A stretch of DNA of 64,000 bases from NCBI RefSeq assembly GCF_018350175.1, contig NC_058368.1, positions 136,960,001-137,024,000 of the forward strand, given 5' to 3'. Below, piece by piece: positions 1 to 12,868 of this stretch. The number at the start of each line of letters is the position of its first letter. Position 1 is the first letter of the stretch. Under the pieces are notes generated by a model that saw only the letters and a list, made by a program, of their open reading frames with translations, made no database searches and was not told the DNA's origin. A program made the position numbers and the translations under genes. The stretch comes from Felis catus. Taxonomy: Eukaryota.

Positions 1-1223
1 TGACAGTGGTCACAAGGGAAACTAGTATGGGTGACTCACCGTGACCATCACTGCCACTAGAAAAATATCTCAAACCAAGACTTACTGGCTCTGATTTCCT
101 GGTATCATTTACCTAAAGAGCAGTATCATCTCATTGATCCTAAAGGAATCCCCTTCAGAGAGGGGATTTCACAGAAGTGCCTAAGCATGCAAAATGAACA
201 AGAATCCAAATTTGACATGGATGAGACCTGTGAGAAAGAGGACTCAAGAGGCATTTGAGAAATAGGTTGGCTTGGAATGGAATGTGGACTGGGCAAGGAA
301 GACAGAAATGGTCTATCCTAGGAGAAGGTTTGAGATCTGTTCTCACAGAAGGACTAAGGGTAGGAGCTGGGAAAGGGAGTCAGGAGAGTAGCAGCTTCTT
401 GGGGCAGTTTTCACTCTCTTGTTTTCCTTCTCAGCGAACTGGCCCCATCACATGGTTGGGCTCTGAACTCCCATGTCCAAATTACACAACTCTATTCTTT
501 GTTAGGCATAGTTGATTGGTACAGGAGACACCTGAGCTAAATGGGGCCAGTAAGATTTGTCTCTGAAGGATTTGGAAGTTTGAACTGAGAAGTACAGATT
601 TCAGGAGTACATGCTGTTGAGCTAGGGTAGTCTTCTGGAACTGTTGCTAATGCTAATGACCCAGTCTGCCTTGAGTCCAGCCCTCCTTCAGGCTGGTTGT
701 CCAGCTTTCCCTGGGATTTCCTTATTTATTTGTTAGTTACTTACTTGGTTATGTTTAAGTTAGATAGGTTTGATTTCTATAATTCAGGATCAGGAGAGCT
801 GTGTTTAAGACTTTCCGCAAGTTGACAAACACCTCTTCGGCTTCATTGCTATCTTCTCAATTCTGATGGAAGGAAACTAATTCTTCTAAGTGAGATTTGA
901 AGGTTAATTAGCCAGAAATTAAGACTCCATTGAAGTTTGAGACTACTTAAGAGTGGAAACCAAGAAAAGTGGCCTCTTTTTCTCTCTCTCTGTCTCTCAA
1001 TTTAAACTATATTTCAGGGAACATGATTAAGGACCAACTGTGATTGACCTCAGCCACAGGTAGCTGGGCAGCCTGCCACCTGATGATGGCTAAGATTTCT
1101 AAAACATATTACTGTCTTCTAAGCCAGACTCATTGCATCAGAATATCTAGGGCTCAGGAACATTCATTTTGCAGGGGGAACATGGATTTTAAATAAGCTC
1201 TCTCATTACATTTTATGCTACTT

Positions 1224-1253
1224 AAAAAAAATTTTTTTTAATGTTTTTATTTT

Positions 1254-1294
<41 letters not shown>

Positions 1295-1464
1295 AAGCGT
1301 GAGTGGGGGAGGGGCAGAGAGAGAGGGAGACACCGAATCCGAAGCAGGCTCCAGGCTCTGAGCTGTCAGCACAGAGCCCAACGCGGGGCTTGAACCCACA
1401 AACTGTGAGATCATGACCTGAGCCAAAGTTGGACACTTAACCGACTGAGCCACCTAGGCGTCTC
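1224..1464 (-). mobile_element. Can-SINE (SINEC_Fc-like)
   Basis: Reverse-oriented tRNA-derived head, (GA)n and T-rich tail; TSD-like tatgctactt/tatgttactt. Confidence 0.9.
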
Positions 1465-1479
1465 TATGTTACTTTTTGA

Positions 1480-2168
1480 ATATATTTGTGTGTGTGTGTG
1501 TGTATACATACACATATATATAAATTTGTATATATGTATATAAATTTGTGTATATAAATATATATATTTATATATATACATATATATTATATATATGTAT
1601 ATATATATACACAAATTTATATATATAAATATATAATATATATTAAATGTATATATATAATATAAATATAAATATATATATTATATATTTATATATATAT
1701 TAAATGTATATAAGTACATATATATTATATATGTATTTATATATACATATACATATGCATTTATATATATACATATACATATATATTAATTAATTATAAT
1801 TATAAATTATAATTAATTTAATATATTAAATGTATATAAATACATATATATTAATAATTTAATATATATTAAATGTATATAAATACATATATATTTTATA
1901 TATATTAAGTATATATAAATTTGTATATATATATACACATATACATATACATACACATATACATATACATTTATATATATACATATACATATATATTAAT
2001 TAATTATAATTATAAATTATAATTAATTTAATATATTAAATGTATATAAATACATATATTAATAATTTAATATATATTAAATGTATATAAATACATATAT
2101 ATTTTATATATATTAAGTATATATAAATTTGTGTATATATATATACACAAATTTATATATATTTAATA
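1480..2168. repeat. AT-rich (TA)n-derived low-complexity array with an internal ~210-bp-period duplication
   Basis: Almost pure A/T; the block starting near 1761 recurs near 1971. Confidence 0.9.
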
Positions 2169-2191
2169 GAACTTTTAATTATTCTAAAACA

Positions 2192-2616
2192 CTTATTCTC
2201 AGACTACTAAACAAATACCACAAACTAGGGTGCTTAAAATGACAGAAATTCTCTCACTGTTATGAAGGTTAGAAGTCTAAAACCTGTGTGTTGGCACATT
2301 CATGCTCCCACTGAAGACTCTTCTTGTAGCTTCCAGTGGTGTCTAGCAATCCTTGGCATTCCTTGGTGTGCAGCTGCGTCCCTCCAGTCTTCACCTCCAC
2401 CCTCACATGGCCTTCTCTCCTGTGCATCTGTCTCCGTATTTCCCTCTTCTTATAAGGACACCATTCATTGGAGTAGGGCCCACTTTAATTGACTGTGGCT
2501 AATCTGAACTTAATTATACCTGTAAAGACCCTGTTTCCAAATATGGTCACATTCATAGCTACCAGGGATTGGGACCTGAACATACATTCTTGGGGCACAT
2601 AGTCCAACCCATAACA
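2192..2616. mobile_element. ERVL-MaLR solo LTR (MLT1B/C-like)
   Basis: acaaataccacaaactagggtgcttaaaa...cagaaatt start and ...ccaacccataaca end are typical of MLT1. Confidence 0.7.
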
Positions 2617-5004
2617 CTTACTGCTGGACATTTATGTTGTTTCTAGTTTTTTCCAAATGATAATGCTACAGTGAACATTCTTTTATACAAATATTTGATG
2701 TCATAGTCTCTGATTATTTCTCTATGATAGATTACCAGAAGTGAGTGGTGGGTCCAATGGAATGTCGATCAGAGTCTAATCTGGAAAACAAAAATATGTA
2801 TATAACAGTGGGAAATTCATGCAAAAAAAAATGTTTATATAGGTTCTAGAAGTAACTGTGGAGCCACTCAGGGCAAATGAGGCAACCCAGAGTTTAGGGT
2901 TGAAGCCACTACTACCCCTGTGAGCCCCTGACGGAACCTAGAACTGCAGTCAGGCTGTTGGGTAGGAGGTAGATCCCTAGCAATGGATTTTGGAAGTACC
3001 ACCCAAGGAAAAGAGGGAGAGGAGCCTGCCTTCTCCTTTCCTCCCACCCCCCAGCTTCTCATTAGTATCTCCCAAAGGCAAGGGACCAGGGAGTCTAAAA
3101 CACATGACTCACAGGGAGGAGCCAGCCCTCTGCAATTCAGAGCAGACCGGGCAAAGACAGAAGTGACTTGGGGGCAAACGGGCAGAGGCTAGCTCAGATG
3201 TGTGGCATTGTAAGCATCGGTTACTTTGTTAAATATTTTCCAGAAAGTGTCTATCAATGTACACTCTCATAATAATAAATGAGGGCCTGTATCATAACAC
3301 TTTTGCTTGTAGTGAGAATTTAAATCTAATAAGTAACATTTTCCTCTAATTCCAAAGGCAATGCATGTTTACTGTAAGAAATTTGGAAACTAGAAAAGCA
3401 AACAAAAAATACTAAAACCTTCTCTAACCTTACCACTTTGTGACAACCACTGTTAAGGAGGGTCTCGTACACATCAGCAAGTGTTCAATAAATGTTCTAG
3501 AAACTGAATGAAATTATGTACTAAAGGCCTCTTACATGCAAAGTGAGAGTTGCTGTTCACAACAATGTCTATTTTTTTTAACATTTTTCTGAACATTTGC
3601 TCTCCTGAATTCTTAAACTTGCATCCCAGCATGATGCAACTAAAAAATCCAGCAAAAAATCCCACAGATTCTGCCTTCTGGTCCCCCAGTTTAGTAATTC
3701 ATATTGCTGGATGGGCAACATTCAGAAGGCCTTTTCTTCTCTGCTTTGTATCCCCAAATCCAGCCCAGCGTGAGGCCTATGGTAGGTGTTCTGTATATAA
3801 GTGTGTGTGTGTGTGAGTTTAATGATAACAGAATGAGTGCACAAGTACTCTTTGCACATCAGCACCATCAGCATTACATAAAGTCAAAAGTAAGATAGGG
3901 AACAATTTTCTCACGGAATAGCATAATAAAATTACCATGCCTGGCAGTGTTCTCATCTTGGGCTCTGAAATATGCCACAAGTGCTAGAGTTTACTCTTCC
4001 TCAGGTAAGGCAGCTTCCTAGGTCTGTGTCCAAACAGATTTTCCAGTAAAGCGATATATGAACACATCCAAGATTCAGATCAAAAGACAATACTGCCTTA
4101 AGTATATAACAGCCTATAGGATCTTCAGAAAAAGACGAAGCAGTTTGTTCATGTTCATTTGCAGATAACTGAGGCAAAAACAGAACCTTGTTCCTAGCCC
4201 CCAGCCCTCAGCTCACAATATCAGAGACTCAGGCAAATCAAAGGCAGAGGCTGCCTTTAAGTTCCCATCACTGGACTCTGCTTTGTATTTTACCTCCCCA
4301 CATTACTAAAGCGATGACAGAAAGGCCCCGCAGGCACTGTAAGAGATGCGAGGCATTTTGCAACTTTGTTGAACCCTTGAAATAATTTCCAGATACTTGT
4401 TCTCCAAATGAGACAGACATTGTCCACCAAGATGCTGGGTGTCATGTTAGACAAGGTTGTGAGTTAGGAAGGAGGGGGAAGGATGCTTTCTGGTGTTAGG
4501 TCTAACCCAGGTGCTTCATAGGGAATTCAGGGGAGCAAGGCTGGACAAAGGGAACCAGAATCAGGACAAGGGGGTTATAGAAGTGTAGCTACCCCAAGGA
4601 GGAGCAGAGGAACAAGAGCCAGACACCTTGGCTCTTCTTGTCTGGGGTGTTCATGGAATTGAGTTCATCTTCCTTTATGATCTAGCTGCTGCCCGAGAGT
4701 AGTTTTTCCTTCCTACCCTTTTTAGGCCGAACTGTTCAATGGGAAACATCAGGGACTAATGTCAAGGCCAAGAAGTCCCCACACAGATTGGAAGTTCTGG
4801 AACATTTCTAAGCAGTTTCCATTGTTCCATGCTCTGCTTGTCACTCCAACATCTCTGCAGTTGACTGAGACTCCCAGGAGAAGGGGCTACAGCTCCTTTC
4901 CTTACCCCGCCATGCTCAAACATCACCTCACTCCTCTACCCCAAAGGTGTTTAAGAATTCAGAGAATGTAACAAGAGCTCCTTAGATTAGGCAAGTGATT
5001 CTTT

Positions 5005-6100
5005 CCACAAATATTTACTGAGTACTTACCCTGACTCGGGTTTTGCTCTTCTTGGTGCTGGCAGTGCAACAGCAAGCAAAACAAATCCCTGCACTCGTGG
5101 GGCTTATGATTTGTGGGGAGAGCCAGACAATAGCAAACACATATATAATATGTTAGATGGCAATAGGTACTGTGGACAAACTAGGGCAGAATAAGGCAAG
5201 ACAAAAGGAGATGAAGGTGGGATGGGGCAGGGTGGTCAGGAAAGGCCCCTCTGATACAGGACGTTTGAGCAGAAACCAAAAGAAAGCGAGAGAATAACCT
5301 GTGGGATATGTGGGGGGAGAATATTCTAGGCAGGGGAAATAGCAAATACAAAGGGCCAGGGGTCCAGGGTGAAGGTGGCTTGTTCGAGAAGCAGCAAGGA
5401 GGTCAGGATGCCTGGGACACGCTGAACACAGGAGGCTTTTGCAAACTTTCTACCCAGAGACAGATGGTGTGGCTTGGCCTGAGGCAGTAGTGGTAGAACT
5501 GGTTGGGACAGGGTCAGATTCATGAGATTTTGAGGGCAGAGCTGTCAAGATTTGCTAATAGATAGGAGAGTCGAGTATTAACAACTTGGAAGCAGTGGAA
5601 GGAAATTGAGAGCTTTTTATTTTATGCATTTTTTTCTTTTTTAGGTGTATTAGTTTGAGATATCTTTTAGATATCCGAGTGGAAATGTAGAAAACGCAGT
5701 TGATTGCTGAGGTCTGGAATTTAGGGGAGATACTAATTTGGGCATCTGAGGTTGGGGAGATGAGGAGGCATCAGCAGGGGATAACGAGGAGGAGCTGTCA
5801 GTGAGCAGGGCTGAGAGAGGAGAGGGAGAGGTCTACTGACACCAAGTGAGAAAACGTTGGAAGAAGGCGGTTGTGATGGGCTCTGTCCAAGCTTGAGGAG
5901 AGAGTAGGAGGAGGCCAGGGGAAGGGGCGATGCAGAGGTGAATAGTGACCCTGACTGGTGTTGTTGGTGGGGTACAGGGAGGGAACTCAAGAGAAGAGAG
6001 GGACTGATGCAGAAGCAGTGGGATAAGATTGGCTCTAAATGAAAATGGGAGATGGGGTAGAAGCTGGAAGTGACATGGGGCTAAAGGAGTGTTTCTTCAT
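5005..6100 (-). mobile_element. L2 LINE fragment
   Basis: acaaatatttactgagtacttac start followed by the purine-rich body typical of a reverse-oriented L2 3' region. Confidence 0.65.
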
Positions 6101-6857
6101 CATGGGAAGTGAAAGTATTAGTTTTTCTTTCATCTCGTGTTCCTTTAATTATTAATTACATGAGGAAGACATGTTTCTCGTAGCCCCATTAGAGAATACA
6201 AAGAAGAAAACAGGAAGAATAAATGTATTGAAGAAGCCTCTGATCCTACCATGAAGCCCTGTAAGCTCCATAAACATTTTGGTGTGTAACCTTCTGGACC
6301 TACGCAATGCTATGCAGTGCAGGCTGTTTAGTAACTTACTTTTTAAATTTCACAATATAATTTGAATACTTTTTTATGTTGGTGCACATTTCCATCATCT
6401 TTATTCAGTGTCTGCACAACATTCCATTTAATGGAATATACCTAGATTTGCTCAGCCAATCTCTTATTAAATATTTAAATTGTTTTCTCCTTTTAACTAC
6501 TAAAAAAACTTCTTTGTACTTACATCTCTATGTACATGTCCAATAATTTCCTTAGAACTGCTAGGTCTATGAACATTTTTAAAAGATATATATGGTAGAT
6601 AATTCTAATGTCCTAACTGTAATGTCCTACATTTCCCAAGAGTATAAACAGTAATGTGATATCATGTTCTCCATGGCCCCTCTAGAACTGAAAATTAAAA
6701 GCCCTCAGGTTTTTTAATTCAGAAATTAAAATGGAACCAAAGATCAGAAGGTTTTAATAGTAGGAACGTTAAGGAAAAGAGAAACTTTGATGTATTGGCA
6801 TAAGGCTTTGAGTATAAAGCTTTTATACAAACAAAGGTTAAAAAAAGTGTTCAGACT

Positions 6858-7071
6858 GGGGTGCCTGGGTGGCTCAGTCAGTTGAGCATCTGACTCTTGG
6901 TTTCAGCTCAGGTCATGATCTCATGGCTTTGTGGGCTTGAGCCCCACATCAGGCTCTCTGCTGGCAGCACAGAGCCTGCTTGGGATTCTCTCTCTCTCCC
7001 TTTCTCTCTGTCCCTCCCCCACTCATGCTGTCTCTGTCTCTCTCAAGATAAATAAATAAACTTTAAAAAAA
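6858..7071 (+). mobile_element. Can-SINE (older subfamily)
   Basis: ggggtgcctgggtggctcagtcagtt head, (CT)n, AATAAA and A tail. Confidence 0.9.
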
Positions 7072-7548
7072 TTTTCAGATCAGATATTTTGAAGATTCTG
7101 AGAAAATAAAACTTAGTTTGAGTAAAGTTTTATTAAAAGTTGTCAAGTATGCTCTTTCTCTGTGTCTTGTCATCATAGAATCCAGTCTTGCCTGACTCAT
7201 TTATAAGTAACTTTTCTATGAGCTGCTAACTGCCATTGCTTATGATTATATAACTTTGTTTTGAGATTATGGTGCTTGTTTTCTTTTTGTAGGAAATTTT
7301 ATCGACTTGTACTTTTGTTAAAACAAATCGATTTTTAATTTATTCAGCAACCGTATAATTGTTAACTCATGGAGTATGACTTCAGATGATTGACCTTGTA
7401 TTAATAAACCCAGTCGGTATAAAACTTGTTCTGATTCTCCTAGAAATAAGAAAAATGTCCCCCGTCTACATCATGTAGAAACTTCTAATGTCTGTCATTT
7501 CTTTGGCTTGCACTTAGACAGTGGCTTCTTATAGATGGGTTTCCAAAG

Positions 7549-7550
<2 letters not shown>

Positions 7551-7598
<48 letters not shown>
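7551..7598. repeat. (GT)n microsatellite
   Basis: About 24 GT units. Confidence 0.95.
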
Positions 7599-7600
<2 letters not shown>

Positions 7601-8035
7601 GGGACAGGAAACTCATCTGTTATCATTTCCCACTGGTTACCTCAATATCACTGCACCTTTTCCCACATACTCCTGTTGTTGTGGACTGGCCCTCTGTTTG
7701 CTGGTGAGGCCACTCTAGACAGGTTTCAGCAGATCTGTGCCTTCACTAGAGCCTGGACATGAGTTCCCAGCTCTACTATGAAGGCCAGCAAAGTCATTTG
7801 GCATCTGGTCTCTGCAGGTATCACATAGGTCCTGCAGGTCAGACCCTGCTCCATGACAACCCACAAGCCCTACCTCTCTCCTAGTATTCTGGAAACAAAT
7901 GAACCCAATCAGACATACTCTCCTCTTTTATCTTTGAAACACAGAATGCTTTCTCCATGCAGGACAATCCCCAGGCACTTGAAAATAAGGGCTCTTTGGA
8001 GCTGCCTTCCTAGTAGTGAAGATTTCCTTCTCTCT

Positions 8036-8039
<4 letters not shown>

Positions 8040-8123
<84 letters not shown>
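8040..8123. repeat. Compound (CT)n(GT)n microsatellite
   Basis: Directly visible in the sequence. Confidence 0.95.
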
Positions 8124-8125
<2 letters not shown>

Positions 8126-9006
8126 CATTACTAAGGCATATAAAACCAATGTTAACTCCTATTTGTGCGGAGAAGGGGATAAAATCCCCTTTTGTCTCTT
8201 TCCAAAAGTCTAGAGTAAGGAGGAAAAAACAAAAAGGCAAAAATTAATATAACAATAACTCCTCTTGTTGCATATTAATCCGTGCCAGATTCAAAATCAG
8301 GTCACATCTGGATTCCAAAACGGAAATAAATATGAGCCAGAAGAAAGTAGTGGGGTGGTGGGGTGGGAGCATTTATGCTAATAGCAACTGCATTCCTAAG
8401 GGGAGAAGGCAGGGGCCTATTGCATGTCTAAATGCCCAAAGATCTAGACTCCTAGATTCTAAAAAGTGGAGGGAATCATTGAGACTTGAACTTCCCTTCC
8501 AATTAAGCAATCTGTTTCAGGATATCTCTTGCAAATGATGACCTTGTCTCAGACTACACGTGCACAGCAGGAAAGAGCCTGCTTCTTTTGGAGGTGGTTC
8601 ATTCCATCCCTGGACAGTTCTAACAGCTTTTAAAGTTCTTCCTTATCTTAAATCAAAAACATTCTATAGTTTGTCCTTTAGCCTTAGTTTTGCTTTTTAG
8701 GAGTAATGTGGGATAGGGCAGTGCAGCATTCAAACATTTAGAGCCAGCTTTTACACTCCCCGACCTGGTTCCTTGAGTTCCCCAATGTCCGCAGCTGGAG
8801 CTGCTGGCTTCCCCTCACTGCAGGTCAGTCAGGGTGATACACGAGTGCATGCCCCATTTAATCCTGGGAACCACCCTATTAGGTAGGTACTATTTTTATT
8901 CCCATTTTACAGGTGAGGAAATTGAGATCACATAGCTAGATCCTGCAGAGCTGAGATTTAAACCCAGGCATTCTGGCTCTACAGTTCACATGCTTCATCA
9001 CTAAGC

Positions 9007-9184
9007 CAGTGGTCCTCAAACTTGAGCATGCATTAGAATCACAGTGGGTCTGTCCACACATAGATTGCCAGATGTTTCTAATGAATTCAACAGGCCTTGA
9101 CTTGACCCGAGTATGTGCATTTCTAACAGGTTCCTAGGTGATGTTGGTGCTGGTAGTCTGAAAACTACATTTTGAGGACCACTA
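9007..9184. mobile_element. hAT-Charlie MITE (MER5A-like), adjacent to a MIR at ~8860-9000
   Basis: Terminal inverted repeats agtggtcctcaaa / tttgaggaccact, about 180 bp apart. Confidence 0.75.
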
Positions 9185-9599
9185 GTTGGTGCTAACTAAA
9201 TCTTACTCTTGATCTGCATTTTTGAGTTCTCTCATTTGTTGCTCACACGGCACCCCAACGCCTCAGGAACTGGACAGCTCTTTCTAAGTTCCAGAGTATG
9301 ACTGGGCTCCCACTCTTTGCTCTGAGATAACCCTGATACTACCAGTTTTCCCGAATCTCTGCCTGTTGTCATCATCTGCAAGGTGTTCCTGTTCTCCATC
9401 TTCCTTCCTGAGCCTCCAGCTGCTAGAAATCTCTGCAATCGCAGCCACTCGATGGTGGGTTTATCATGTCTGTGGACTCTGCTCTGTCCTGTCTGAATAC
9501 TGACCAAGCTGAGGCTATGAGAGCCATCATCCCTTAAATCTTCTCTGACCTAGAACAATCAACATGGGCCACATGCTCGTAGGTAACATGGTCTTCAAA

Positions 9600-11050
9600 T
9601 CTGTCACTGTTCAGCTGACCCTCCTCTGACCTCTCTCTAGGCCATCAATACTCATTTAGTGTACAGAGCTTAAAACTAGACATGGTGCTCCGTATGAGGT
9701 CTGGCCACAATTCAGTGGCACCATCACTTCATTTCTTTCTGACTTTTATGTTCTATTAATACTGCCTGTGATCGCATCAGTTTACCCTTGTGGCACATAT
9801 TGACTTTGGACCCAAGACTTCCGAATATTTTCAACTAAACCATTCTCAGACCCATCTTCCCTCCATTTTATGCTTCTGTAAAATCTTCTTACTTTGACAG
9901 AGGGCTTTTCAGTGATTCATGTTAACTTTCATCTGGTGTGTTTTGATATTGTTCCAGTCAATGGATTCTTTTTTTCTTTTTGAAATAAATCTCTATTATT
10001 TTTTCCTTATTTTTAAAGGAATACTTCTTCATTACCAAAAAAAGTCATAAGATATAAACAAAAATAAGAACATTAAAAATTTTATTATGCTACTCACCCA
10101 AAGTTAATCATTATGAATACCTTGGTGCATATCTGTCCACACCCTTGATAAACATCTTTCAAAAATGTCCATACATTTCTGTACATAAATGATCCATAGA
10201 GATTATTTTTAGACTCACTATAAATCTAGTATATTTTGTATTCCTTCTAGCTCTGTCAGCCACAAAGTGACTTCTGTGCTTCATTGATAAAATGTTGTGT
10301 AGGATGAGCAAGAACAGGTTCCTGCCACGTAGCCCCAGATTCTGCCCTCCAGAAGGCTACTGATTCATCATTCAAAATTCATTGGATAGCAGTTTTTAGC
10401 CAGTTGGAAATCCACATGTTAGTGTCCTTTAGTCCAGTTCTCCATCTTATACTGATAAATAGCATGAGAGGCTTCACCTGTTTAAGTTGTGATGAACATT
10501 GTACTACCTGCAAATGTAATCTGTCTGGTAATTCCTAAATAACCAGGGTTCACATTAAGTTGACAATTGTAGTTTCCAAAGCCCAAATTATACTACTCTC
10601 CCTCCTTTCAGGAATATAGTCATTTTTCCATTTCCAATTTTTTAAGCACCTTTTCCATTCTTTTTGATTTTCCAAAAATTACTGGCAGTAATTCTGTAAT
10701 TTCTTTGGTTGGTTCTCTCAACACCTTGGGAGATAATCCATCCAGGTCTGAAGAATGAAGTCTTTAACAGAGGCTTCCTGTTCCCTTACTATCTCAGCTC
10801 CTATCTTGGACTTCAGTTACCTCTTAACCATTGTTTGTTCCACACTTTCAGCTTGGAAGATCTTTCACTTTCATAGAGAAGATGGAAGCAAGAGTTGTGA
10901 GGAAGTTCTCCACTCCCCAAACCCCTCCACCACCATCATTTGTTAGAACATCAGACTCAGTACATTGTTCTGGTCATGTTGCTCTGGTCATATCCAACAA
11001 AAGACCCTTTTGATGCCTCCTAATTTTTTCCATTGCTTTGATTCATTTTT
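9600..11050 (-). mobile_element. Ancient CR1/L3 LINE ORF2 remnant (fragmented; may extend ~8500-12600)
   Basis: Minus strand from 10754 reads SSDLDGLSPKVLREPTKEITELLPVIFGKSKRMEKV, resembling the CR1 ORF2 segment [37 protein letters not shown]. Confidence 0.65.
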
Positions 11051-11136
11051 TTTCTTGTGTCCAGCCTTCCAGCTATAATTCTAACTCTTTTATACCAACC
11101 TTTCTCTTTCCCCTTAGTAATGTACTATTCTCTGAC

Positions 11137-11138
<2 letters not shown>

Positions 11139-11174
<36 letters not shown>
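11139..11174. repeat. (TG)n microsatellite
   Basis: Directly visible in the sequence. Confidence 0.95.
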
Positions 11175-11178
<4 letters not shown>

Positions 11179-12660
11179 CTTTCACAATCATATTTCATTG
11201 AAGTGGCCCATTATGCACTCATTTGCTTCCTTACATTCCTCTCTCTTTTCTTTTATACCAAGGTCATTTTTTAAAATCATATTTTCAGATTTGTTGTTTT
11301 GGTAGAGTCATAAGCCACTTACATATAGACTTGGAGCTATATCAACATACCTGTCTCTTCTTTGAGTTTTTGAAATATCACATAGATGCCTTACTATTCC
11401 CTCTGTTTTACTCTGGGTTATCACAAAGATGATATGGAGAGTCATATTCAATAAGGGGTATACGGATGTCAGACTTAACACGGCTATTAGCTTAGTAGCT
11501 GTAGAAATAGATGGTGGCTAAGTTAAACAAAAATGAAACTTGTTGGGAGAGTTGAAGGTTGAAACTGATGAGAAGATTTGGAACCAGCAGACAGAACCAA
11601 GGTGGTTCCAAGAGTTCACTCAGCAGGAATTATTCTCTCCGTGTGTCAATCTACTTAAGACCAAAAATTTTAGGAGAGACAGTGTATCTGACTGGTCTAA
11701 CTATGTCTGACTCCTATCCCTTAGCTAGGAGCAGGCAGGAAACCCTGACTGACATATGCAATAAGACTGTACTCAGTTGTGGGGGGTGGGGGGGGGGATG
11801 TAATCACTCCATAGGGAATCAGGATGCATTTACCTGTAGTGGGATGAATAGAACTCTCGAGAACAGCAAATGCCCACTAGTTACTATTTCCCAAGGTGGA
11901 CCTCACTTCTGCTTTACCAATACATTCTACCTTTTTTTCTTAGAATTAAGCATTAGTCAGTATTGGCTTTAATGATCCATCTGCTTCTGAAAAAAAATGG
12001 TGTTGTTAACAAGGGATATTAGGAATTTATGAGATGCTCTGCTTTTAGCAGCAGAAGACTTCCCACAGGTATCTGAACAGTGTAAGTCTCAGGAATACCG
12101 GTAATCTCTGTGCCAATTTTAATAATACCTCTGAGATTCTATTTACCTTGTGATCCCAAATCTTTTAGAAGAGTTATGCACAAATGCATTTATCTCATAT
12201 TAAAATATTGAATTACTCAAACAATCATGTTTTGAGCTTATCGGACATTGGGAATCATAAATATTGTTCCTGAACCTTTCCCATTATTTCTTTTTGAAAA
12301 TTATGAGCTGTCTCCTCAATAACATTAATAACTCCTCCATGAGAGTTCTGACTCTGGACTTCCTGCTACTCTGTTTCATCTTTCTTACTTATACCTAGTA
12401 TACCATTTATAATATTTGATATTATAGTTTTTCTTAGACTTTTCCTCCATTCCCATCATTTCAGGAATGTAATTTATCTTTATCCTATTAAATGTGTTCC
12501 TTCAAAGCTCCACAAGTGGTCCTCAACTTTTGCCAGGAATTTATGCCAGCCATGTAGCTAGCTGGTCACTTCTCAGGACCATCTTCCTTTAAAGACAGAA
12601 TCTTCAACAAGGAGGGATAAAAAAATTATTGTGATGCCTATCTAGAATCAGAGATATGAT

Positions 12661-12868
12661 GGGGCCCCTGGGTGGCTCAGGTCATGATCTCGTGGTTCAC
12701 GGGTTTGAGCCCTGCTTTGGGCTCTGTGCTGACATCTCAGAGCTTGGAGTCTGCTTCAGATTCTGTCTGTCTCTCTCTTTCTCCCTCTCATGCCTGCGTG
12801 CTCTTTCTGCCCTTCCTCTGCTCACGCTCTGTCTCTCTCTCTCAAGAATAAATAAACATTAAAAAAAA
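12661..12868 (+). mobile_element. Can-SINE with an internal 5' deletion
   Basis: TSD tagaatcaga(g/c)atatga at 12643-12659 and 12871-12887. Confidence 0.9.
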
